From Promethearchaeota archaeon (GTDB lineage: Archaea; Asgardarchaeota; Hermodarchaeia; Hermodarchaeales; Hermodarchaeaceae): a DNA stretch of 20,158 bases. The notes under the pieces are model-generated. The model worked only from the letters and a program-made list of their open reading frames with translations. It was not told the origin of the DNA and did not search any database. The stretch covers positions 1-20,158 of the forward strand of contig JBHLMI010000039.1 in NCBI GenBank assembly GCA_048938295.1. The letters run 5' to 3'. Both the position numbers and the translations under genes were made by a program. The stretch's first letter is position 1, and every line of letters begins with the position of its first letter. Shown in pieces: positions 6,701-12,451 of this stretch.

Positions 6701-9459
6701 ATATAAACACGCTGCTAACCTTCATTGACCCAGGCTCATTGTTTTCCGGCGATGACCTGAATATCACAGTCCGTTACTGGAATCTTGATAACAATTCAGC
6801 AGTCTACTTTAATCCGCCAATCACTTACATCATTAGCGGGGGAACAGTTCAAAGCAGTCAATCTCTGGGAGGAGGATGGTGGGAATTCATCATCGATACC
6901 TCAGGTTTAGCAGCAGGGGCTGAATTTGACATTTGGGTTTATGCCCATCAGAACTTTTACACCTTCCAAAATATCTCAATTCCCGTGTATATCTTTGAAG
7001 TTCCTCTTGAGATTGATCTTCTATCCACTGGAGTTATTACTAGGTATTTCGGAGAAACCCCATTCCCCCTTGTTATTATCAACTTAACAATCGGTGCCGG
7101 ATCCGACATTAATGAGCCTGTAACTGACGCTTCAGTAATTGCTACTTGGGATCATGGAACCCTTGTCTTCGTAAATGAATACAATGGCACCTACTGGGTT
7201 GAAATCAGCTCGCTTTTTGACAAGGGGGCATACTTTGTCGAGATTAATGCCTCGAAAGTGGGATACTTTCAAGAGGATATTCGAATAATTTCTTATACAA
7301 TAACTGCCGGTCCGAGTCAATTGACTACCTACTTCTGTGGCCCAACAACAGGTGATGGTGTCATACCCAGCTTAAATGAAGGAACATCCTTCATTCTTTA
7401 TGCTGGTCATTGGTATTTCATTGGAGTCTGGTTCAAAACACTTGCTGGGGATAATATCACTGGTGCAATTGTAACGTACAGCAGTGCATTTACAGAAATT
7501 CCCTCCGGCTCTCTTACAGAGATATCACCGGGAATTTATGGAAAGTGGTTTGATTCATCAAGCTATGGAAAATTAATTTATTCAATGGAGGTCGTTGCGG
7601 ATACCGCTGCCCGAAACGTTCAATCCCAAAGGTTCCAATTCCAACTTGATGTTCGCTACGCCCCAGCGAAAATGATACCGGTAGGAGGTACCTATTTCAT
7701 CTCAGTGGAATACTTTGATAACTTCACGATCACAATTTATCTTAATGATACACTCACTAATTCGCCAATATCTTCCCAGAATATAACAGCCACGTGGGGT
7801 CCGCTTCCAAGTGGAAGCGCCTCACTAAATCCTTGGACTGGTGGGTACTATAATTACACATTTCCTGCAACACTTGCAGCTGGATTTACGTATGAATTAC
7901 ATTTAGACTTCAATGGCCCAGGATCCTTTGATTGTCCTCGAACCACTCTGACTATTCAAATTATTCCCCGTACAACGAAACCTATTGACCAAACGGCAAT
8001 TGTATCAGTCCGAGATGAATGGAATAACACAATCAGTATTCTCCAGGTACCAGTGGGTGATTGGCTCTATATTTATCTGAACTACACAGATGCTGATGGT
8101 ATTCCGATTCTAGATGGTGAAGGAGCGGTCGTTGTTGGCGATGTGTCCGTTCCCGGGGCGTTTCACTTTGACGCTGATGAAGGATTATATGTAGCTATGC
8201 TAAACGCAAGTCTCTTTGGTCGAGGAACCCACTCGCTTCGCGTCACAATTTCAAAAACAAACTATGAAAGTAAAGTCTATACGACAAACTTTGAAGTCAT
8301 TCGAATACCTACGCAAATAAGGGTCACCCAGATACAAGGAGAAAATGTAACAGGTCCTGATTTGTATCCTATTCTTTACATTGGAGTACCCGTATCTATA
8401 CAGATTTTCCTTCTAGATACTTGGCATAACCAAGGAGTTGAGAATGCTAACATAACACTTCCAACAACCCTCGTTGCTCAAGGCTTTCAGATTAATGAGT
8501 TAGGTAATGGATACTATGAAGTCGTTGGAACTTATCAGGGATTTAGTCTGCAACCTGTTTCAGTGGTCTTAACGATTACTGCTGTGAAAAATGAACCAGT
8601 TTCCCATGACCAAGCTACATTAGAAGGTTGGAGTATAGATTTCCATCCTCAAACTATATTTGTAGTTGGATTTTATGGAGGAATATTTGCGGCAGTGATA
8701 CTAATTGTCGCATTACTTGGTTGGGTCTTATGGTCACGGGTGTTCTCAATTCCGTGGGAAGTTAGGCGAATGCGATCTTTAGCCAAGAGCGTTGAGAAGG
8801 AAGAAGGGTATAAACTTAGTTCAAAGGACCTGAAACGCTTCCATGACAAGGAAATCACACTTAAAGATAAGGTCACCGTGGCGATGGGGACTGTCGGAGT
8901 TGCGGCGACACCTGCGATGATTCCTGCAATCGCAGAGGTTGAAGAGATTACAGCCACCGAAGAGGACATTATGGGGGAACTGGACAAGATTCCTGGATTG
9001 GGTCCCGAAGAGAAGGCTGTGCTTGCTGATGAGATGCGGAAGATCCCGCGTAAGGATCGGATCTGGTTCCTTGATGATTTGAGGAAGCAGATGGGTCAGC
9101 GGCGGATGGACTTCTTGACAACCCGGGAACGGCCTGTAAAACCTGAACCTACTCCACCAGAGGTTACTCCTCCAGCACCAGAAGAGCCCAAGCTTGAGGA
9201 GGTGAAGCCTAAGGAGCCGCCACCGTCTAAGGCGTTGACGGAGGACAGGACAGCGCCGACGGTGTTACCCCCAGACCTACAGCCAGCCCCTGCAGCTCCG
9301 CCTGGAGTGATTACAGAAATCCGTCGTGAATTGAACAAGATTCCAGGACTCTCCAAGGAAGAAAAGGCAGCCTTGATTGATCATCTGCAGTACTTGAGTA
9401 AGGAGGAACGGCAGGCTACCTATCGATCGCTTCGTATGTCCGCAGATTCCAACGAATGA
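736..9459 (+). CDS. Giant (~2,900 aa) single-pass cell-surface glycoprotein with tandem Ig-like repeats and a conserved cytoplasmic tail (adhesin/receptor-like)
   Basis: Uninterrupted 8.7-kb ORF. The start is probably ATG 736 (GAGGT SD at 723-727; MNRR followed by a hydrophobic stretch resembles a signal peptide); ATG 706 is an in-frame alternative. It has beta-strand-rich ~105-115-aa repeats, roughly 45-50 N-x-S/T sequons by hand count (all before the TM), one TM helix at ~8656-8733 followed by basic WEVRRMR, and a charged/Pro-rich tail. Confidence 0.9.
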   Translation: MNRRTVICLTFLTLFLIFSLSMAIPGSETIGTLEFKDLSEEVGTNYTPSPLIPPPLPEGPIYSEGQFQYAGLGAPLTTKEYAEGSNRSLQISNFNYLDNRYGEVRLPRQWTGYRLEADVYNLYDQPYFVQGSRENGNFESVGTAWSAQNNAMGDNSTYAYYGTRWGSAYGYSGNGVQTWVEWWSGWPWGVSSYVVWRNAINIQRDDPTYAKLTFRVQVNLISGSSGGRGRMVIYAEIAGIVYRLLLDEHCPNNGQWYQLSISVPADDLLTWSVPGNIDVRLGLGFTGSQTGWDYEYWGLKFDDVTLEVRGLVNPNDTTWLDLVMNSTIAQTAGYGYGSYSLVGTWPNPTTDHKQVVAHWQVTDADARLVQFTYNLTLFITRDATTEQQIGPDGSAFTAGNDPTVYWTTWMYAYQPYFFSQYNLSLTKPTTETWTIANVIDPLFTDRTSVVTTNATHFLLSSSAINDIYGWWNFTFASVNRITSISGIASSYDIGDTLSINVNHNIVTSGQCNITIYDANHLVIHEEAKSLTGSTVVSFSKLFDSGDSFGAGLYTICATYDNGATGSMTRAGFASSTFKIVHATSLDIEEGATQKTVIYGLGTFFVRLTYDDLDKTVNPWVANTTGTVRINGSVDGNFIEFQQFGNLYQAEIDNDLMIPGNYPFVIEADDPYHDYATDSITLLVRSDATLTSPESPGVTLPYDEATAIQVFYEDGVGAGIAGATVTTDWPTGPTGTSNGTAGWYNIIIDTSDQPSPGTYTLTVQALRNYYTTRTIKLTIVVREVSTTIDYTSPGSVPWDEDVVIDFSFFANDADSTVHDGDPITSASLAFQLDGGSLTQGSDYTLANHGDGTYTITLLATSGKFATIKTGYELRIQGNPTSAIYGDATRRVYFNVRSLNTVITYIPPAPKPWGNDVVITLNFTVDDPDSTVHNGENIPGLLVGDVSLTLNGVPLGSFGWTALGGGTYNLTIYSSSISTVRSYSLVITVAHSSVHYKLAFRTITFQILSHQTQVIVAQPDPTPYGQQTAVIITWKDLDTGGSLSDTQLNYLTLQFTNGTGLPNESSLTFILDTSAWAPGTYEIIVTTIPTSDQYLQSSGTLRVTILIHQTALTVLPPEATPYGYTTDITIQWFDLTAGGQISYTEVENITITGAVSDVIFGPLSSWTFTLGTSGLNIGTYSITVTVYAKETPSQIYQHSTGSLNNGLVIRAHRVYVLVTGPAPVPEDGSFQLSVSWTDLDTGLPIDNGTYLQDIVVTHISGPSAPTLPWTELSNLEFTINALGWGRGTHKLNVTVTANSANFNVGFGTVFVVIRVHSIIADVDPIPRVPFGYDVPIIFRVNDSDNNVGLEENHIISIIITGGPSTITLDSTNWAIWVDNGTAGDGIYLITLDVSGWSLGTYSSIKFNVQTSVEYGNGVVNTQITIRPLATSFTYQSPPVVPWGEDGKLIVTFLVDDTDPVTTNPITTPISGAAISIATLTLGVDYGFVYWQNGKYNITFYNSYLTSVQEYQFVITINGGAQYDIKQLDDVPLTVRALFTWLHPTAVPVTAFGDDVIIEVEYIVLDGESSLNGDPIHTGTESIIVTGLDGFNPTLVTWQWIGATSVYRITIDASEITDIQSYKIMISISGSGAGYTPDTIPELLFSVRTVFTALAIAPVDAQAYLDNFTIRITYTVNDPDSSLNGWGIDGQASIIELVEYPGLFYVIPLGNGIYRIVINSTSIGPPGSYLVTVNTTWVDSPPPYDVQTRQLTLFVTTRPTTIRNTIGGEFGYLDEIRVNFTYSDQLRTQWILNTSYGGGHVLISVYNTTPVIPVLIDSAAWYVVSLGGTDAFQLRIDADYFGRVGSFDFKVEITWQSAIAPYFVAKEFEFRTYVYGQRTDIIITESAGATPYDSNIIIEFKYITEQGAPINQTDYPFIDISLICGELPSFGIQGTDWNYTFEGNGLYRIWIDTTRLSGIGTYTFFFNVTYPEGLSPFLESQYNEPTSRRVRNINTLLTFIDPGSLFSGDDLNITVRYWNLDNNSAVYFNPPITYIISGGTVQSSQSLGGGWWEFIIDTSGLAAGAEFDIWVYAHQNFYTFQNISIPVYIFEVPLEIDLLSTGVITRYFGETPFPLVIINLTIGAGSDINEPVTDASVIATWDHGTLVFVNEYNGTYWVEISSLFDKGAYFVEINASKVGYFQEDIRIISYTITAGPSQLTTYFCGPTTGDGVIPSLNEGTSFILYAGHWYFIGVWFKTLAGDNITGAIVTYSSAFTEIPSGSLTEISPGIYGKWFDSSSYGKLIYSMEVVADTAARNVQSQRFQFQLDVRYAPAKMIPVGGTYFISVEYFDNFTITIYLNDTLTNSPISSQNITATWGPLPSGSASLNPWTGGYYNYTFPATLAAGFTYELHLDFNGPGSFDCPRTTLTIQIIPRTTKPIDQTAIVSVRDEWNNTISILQVPVGDWLYIYLNYTDADGIPILDGEGAVVVGDVSVPGAFHFDADEGLYVAMLNASLFGRGTHSLRVTISKTNYESKVYTTNFEVIRIPTQIRVTQIQGENVTGPDLYPILYIGVPVSIQIFLLDTWHNQGVENANITLPTTLVAQGFQINELGNGYYEVVGTYQGFSLQPVSVVLTITAVKNEPVSHDQATLEGWSIDFHPQTIFVVGFYGGIFAAVILIVALLGWVLWSRVFSIPWEVRRMRSLAKSVEKEEGYKLSSKDLKRFHDKEITLKDKVTVAMGTVGVAATPAMIPAIAEVEEITATEEDIMGELDKIPGLGPEEKAVLADEMRKIPRKDRIWFLDDLRKQMGQRRMDFLTTRERPVKPEPTPPEVTPPAPEEPKLEEVKPKEPPPSKALTEDRTAPTVLPPDLQPAPAAPPGVITEIRRELNKIPGLSKEEKAALIDHLQYLSKEERQATYRSLRMSADSNE
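2200..8640 (+). repeat. About 20 degenerate tandem Ig-like domain repeats (protein level) in the ectodomain
   Basis: Recurring pattern [VI]R-x-h-x-T...P-x-P-[WYF]-[GD]...h-x-h-x-[FWY]-x-D-x-D...G-x-Y-x-h-x-h-D, e.g. VRSLNTVITYIPPAPKPWGNDVVITLNFTVDDPD and IRPLATSFTYQSPPVVPWGEDGKLIVTFLVDDTD. Spacing is about 310-345 nt. Boundaries and count are approximate. Confidence 0.75.
9019..9435 (+). repeat. Diverged direct repeat of 1-480 (paralogous cytoplasmic-tail coding sequence)
   Basis: Codon-by-codon alignment with 1-480 shows high protein identity with mostly synonymous DNA changes, plus indels in the Pro-rich linker. Confidence 0.9.
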
Positions 9460-9505
9460 GCGCTCAGCCTGAAGTATATTAGTGCTAGCGGAAAATACAG
9501 AATGG

Positions 9506-10924
9506 CTAGGTGCAGTGTCCAATACACCAGTGGGCATACCGCGTCATAATACCTAAGGTACGTGCTGCTCGTTCGGGCATCGGATATACCGGGACGCCGG
9601 CATCTTGGAGGGTGCGGATGCCTGAATCGCTGCGGTCTTGGGTGGAGGAGATGAGTACTGGTTTCTGGTGCTGTTTGATGGTGCGGATGAGTTGAGCGGC
9701 TGCATCTTCAAATTCAGCTTGCATCATTGTAACGACATTTTGGGGGACATCGGGGCTTTGGCGGAATTGGACCATCAGGTCAGGTCCAAAGAAGCCGTGG
9801 ATGAGGAGTGAATCAATTGTATCGAGGTCAAGTAGGATATCAGCGCACTGAGCGAACAAGTGCATGTTAATCGTGAAGGTGCTATCGACGGGATTACCAG
9901 TGACAGCGGTGGGTGGGAGTAGGGTCTTTAGTTGCTCTTGAACTGTGTCATCGAGGGGTGGTACGGCGAGGCCTTCTTCAGCGCAGACATCAGTTAGGGA
10001 AACCCCGGGCCCGCCAGAGTTCGTGAGAATGGCGACACGGTTGCCTTTCGGGAGGGGCTGGTGTCCAAGGGCCATGGACCAGTCGAACAGGTCTTCAAGG
10101 CTGTTTCCTCGTAGAATACCGACTTGGCGCATAGCGCCTTGAAAGACATCGCGGCGACCAGCAAAGGCGCCGGTATGCGAGATGGCGGCTCGCTGGCCTT
10201 GGCTGGTGCGGCCTACTTTCATGAGCAGAATCGGTTTCTTGGGGGTAATGGTTTTTGCTGCTTGTAAGAAGCGTGGTCCGTCATTGAAGCCCTCGATGTA
10301 GAGCAGAATGACTCGTGTTTCCGGATCATCAGCGAGAAGTTTGATGTAGTCTGTGCAGGTTAAGACGGCTTCATTGCCTGTGCTGATGACAGTGCTTAGT
10401 CCGAGCCCCCAGCGTTCGATAGAAAGGAAGTTTTGCACGGCAAAGGCACCGCTTTGGGAAACAAATGCGACCGGTCCTTGCTTGGGAAAGTAGGGCATGG
10501 TGGTGAGGTTGAGTTTGAGGGCAGGGCGGCTGATGCCAACACAATTGGGACCTACCAAATTGAAATGATGGCGTTTGGCAATGGCTTTGATTTCCTCTTC
10601 AGCCTCTTTTCCCTCAGGTCCCACTTCCCGATACCCAGCCGTCACGAGGATGATGTTGCGGATATCGGCTTGAGCGCATTGGTCGAGGACTTCAGGAACA
10701 GCAGATTTCGGGACAATAATCGAGGCGACATCGGGTGTAGGGCAGTCGAGAACGCTACGGTAGGCTTTGTAGCCGTGTACCGTATCGGCTTTGGGGTGAA
10801 TGGGGTACACCATGCCTTCATAGCCACCGGAGCGGACGTTGAAGGTAACGAGGGAACCCATTTTGGTGATGTTGGTGGAGGCGCCGACGATGGCGATGGA
10901 TTTAGGGTTGAGGAGGCGGTACAT
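9506..10924 (-). CDS. acdA: ADP-forming acyl-CoA synthetase (acetate-CoA ligase, ACD) alpha subunit: CoA-binding plus succinyl-CoA-ligase-like domains
   Basis: N-terminal LLNPKSIAIVGAS CoA-binding start, GPNCVG, SQSGA, STGNEA, phospho-His motif SHTGA, TNSGGPG and NPVD. No ATP-grasp domain. GGAG SD 8 nt before the ATG. Substrate is not determinable from sequence. Confidence 0.88.
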   Translation of the reverse strand: MYRLLNPKSIAIVGASTNITKMGSLVTFNVRSGGYEGMVYPIHPKADTVHGYKAYRSVLDCPTPDVASIIVPKSAVPEVLDQCAQADIRNIILVTAGYREVGPEGKEAEEEIKAIAKRHHFNLVGPNCVGISRPALKLNLTTMPYFPKQGPVAFVSQSGAFAVQNFLSIERWGLGLSTVISTGNEAVLTCTDYIKLLADDPETRVILLYIEGFNDGPRFLQAAKTITPKKPILLMKVGRTSQGQRAAISHTGAFAGRRDVFQGAMRQVGILRGNSLEDLFDWSMALGHQPLPKGNRVAILTNSGGPGVSLTDVCAEEGLAVPPLDDTVQEQLKTLLPPTAVTGNPVDSTFTINMHLFAQCADILLDLDTIDSLLIHGFFGPDLMVQFRQSPDVPQNVVTMMQAEFEDAAAQLIRTIKQHQKPVLISSTQDRSDSGIRTLQDAGVPVYPMPERAARTLGIMTRYAHWCIGHCT

Positions 10925-11063
10925 GCTAGGAGCTCCATAAAGGGTAAAGTGAAATAGGTACTCGTTCCCATAAGCCTTCTGCCTGTTAGGGAAATGAAAA
11001 ACAATTAAAGAGACCGAGAAGAGTAGCTGCTACCACAGAACCTACCTTACCGGAGGGTTTCTC

Positions 11064-12254
11064 ATGACGACAGCAAAAGTTGAGATTGTTAAAGATGTTT
11101 ATTGGGTGGGTGCCATTGACTGGATGCTCCGCGACTTCCACGGACTCTGGACCCCCAAGGGCGGCACCTATAACACGTATTTAATTATTGATAAAAAAGT
11201 CACCCTCATTGATACGGTCTCACCCAACTTCACCGAGGAACTTTTGGATCGTATCCGTACGATTATTGATCCTGCCAAAATTGATTACATTATCTGCCAA
11301 CACGTTGAACCTGATCATTCCTCAACCTATGAAGATATGATTAAAGTGGCACCAAAAGCCAAAATCATCACTTCAGAGAAAGGAGCAGAATTCCTAAAGC
11401 TCAACTACCCAGGTGTAGAGTTTCCCCTTGAAATCGTTGAAGAGGGTGACTCCTTAAGCCTGGGCAAGCGCTCACTTACCTTTGTCAAGATTCCCATGGT
11501 ACACTGGCCTGAAACCATGATAAGCTACATGCCCGAAGAACAGCTGGTCTTCAGCAATGATGCTTTTGGCATGCAAATCGCCACCCCCTATCGGTTTGCA
11601 GATCAAGTCGACGACTGGTATGAATCCCTGCGTGCCTACTACAGCTATATTGTTCGATTCCACGCCAAGTCTGTGCTTAATGCCTTCAAAAAGGTGGAAG
11701 GCGTTCCCATCAAAATCATCTGCCCTTCCCATGGTCCGATATGGCGCAAGAACGTCGACAAGATCATGGAGATTTATCGTCGCTGGTCCAGCAGCCCTGA
11801 AAAGGAAACTGCAATTGTGGTATATTCAACGATATGGAAAAGTACCGAGAAAATGGCGTTTGCCATCCGTGAAGGGATTGCTAGCGTAGGCGTACCTGCT
11901 GAGATATACAACTTGGAAGATGATCCATTCAGTCGTGTTCAAGGAGCAGCCATGGAAGCAAAGGCTGTTGTAGTCGGGGCCATGACCTACAACCTCGATC
12001 CCTATTACCCCACTGCAGCCTTTATGCCCTACCTGAAACACCTGCGACCCGACAACAAAATTGGAGCGGCTTTTGGCTCATACGGCTGGAGTGGTGGTGC
12101 AACACGAATCCTTACGGAGCAATTGAAAGAGTACAAGTTTGGAGAAGTGTTAGACCCCCTCGATGTACGATTCCGTCCTAGCGAAGAAGATTTAAAGCGC
12201 TGCTTTGAGTATGGTCAAGAAATCGGGCGAAAAGTCAAAGCAGCCTTCGCCTAA
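11064..12254 (+). CDS. fprA: Flavodiiron protein (FprA/ROO type O2/NO reductase): metallo-beta-lactamase-like diiron domain plus flavodoxin domain
   Basis: GGTYNTYLI; diiron ligands HVEPDH, VHWPE, SNDAFG, PSHG; flavodoxin loop YSTIWKSTEKMA and AFGSYGWSGGA. GGAGG SD at 11052-11056. Confidence 0.93.
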   Translation: MTTAKVEIVKDVYWVGAIDWMLRDFHGLWTPKGGTYNTYLIIDKKVTLIDTVSPNFTEELLDRIRTIIDPAKIDYIICQHVEPDHSSTYEDMIKVAPKAKIITSEKGAEFLKLNYPGVEFPLEIVEEGDSLSLGKRSLTFVKIPMVHWPETMISYMPEEQLVFSNDAFGMQIATPYRFADQVDDWYESLRAYYSYIVRFHAKSVLNAFKKVEGVPIKIICPSHGPIWRKNVDKIMEIYRRWSSSPEKETAIVVYSTIWKSTEKMAFAIREGIASVGVPAEIYNLEDDPFSRVQGAAMEAKAVVVGAMTYNLDPYYPTAAFMPYLKHLRPDNKIGAAFGSYGWSGGATRILTEQLKEYKFGEVLDPLDVRFRPSEEDLKRCFEYGQEIGRKVKAAFA

Positions 12255-12410
12255 CCCCTATTGAAGTTATTTTCACTGTTCGTTTCGTTCAATGATCATG
12301 TGTAGGAGGATTAGATAGAACTCTTCACATCCCTAAGCACTTTGTACCCTGTCGATGATGCAATTTTGTGAAGCACAAGATTGAAAAGCCCATGCATTGC
12401 CGGAACCGGG

Positions 12411-12416
12411 TATAAA
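12411..12416 (+). promoter_or_regulatory. Putative TATA box (TATAAA) for the HMG-CoA synthase operon
   Basis: TATAAA lies about 40 nt upstream of ATG 12452. AGGAG follows at 12435-12439. Confidence 0.4.
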
Positions 12417-12451
12417 GAGCCCATCGAAAACGCCAGGAGACTCACAATGCC

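Noticed and set aside
77-9356. Many short alternative-frame and antisense ORFs overlapping the giant gene and the upstream tail (e.g. 77-442, 115-483, 1016-1333, 4063-4422, 8673-8987, 9096-9356)
   Set aside because: They lie wholly within well-supported genes, show no recognisable motifs, and are explained as shadow frames.
9457-9466. Perfect 10-bp palindrome TGAGCGCTCA over the giant-gene stop codon (also ACCTCGAGGT at 718-727)
   Set aside because: About 20 perfect 10-bp palindromes are expected by chance in 20 kb, and there is no second copy or loop for a terminator.
8650-10920. Apparent G/T-rich plus-strand domain spanning the giant-gene tail and acdA
   Set aside because: Hand counts were inconsistent between blocks and confounded by coding-strand and amino-acid bias, so it is not supportable without computation.
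9506-10924. ACD-like gene as a Pat/YfiQ protein lysine acetyltransferase
   Set aside because: There is no GNAT domain and the catalytic His (SHTGA) is retained, which favours a true ligase alpha subunit.
11064-12254. FprA N-terminal domain as a beta-lactamase pairing with the penicillin acylase in antibiotic resistance
   Set aside because: The HxExDH ligand set plus the fused flavodoxin define a flavodiiron reductase, not a hydrolase.
12382-12390. Recurring GAAAAGCC (here, at ~15272 and in the wHTH promoter) as a shared regulatory motif
   Set aside because: It is only 8 bp, one copy is inside the DUF35 coding sequence, and only the wHTH copy is followed by a TATA box.
12255-12451. Intergenic regions (also 499-735, 15287-15433, 19404-19652) as tRNA, ncRNA or CRISPR loci
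   Set aside because: No tRNA T-loop or cloverleaf, no repeat-spacer array and no recognisable RNA family. A covariance-model search was not possible.
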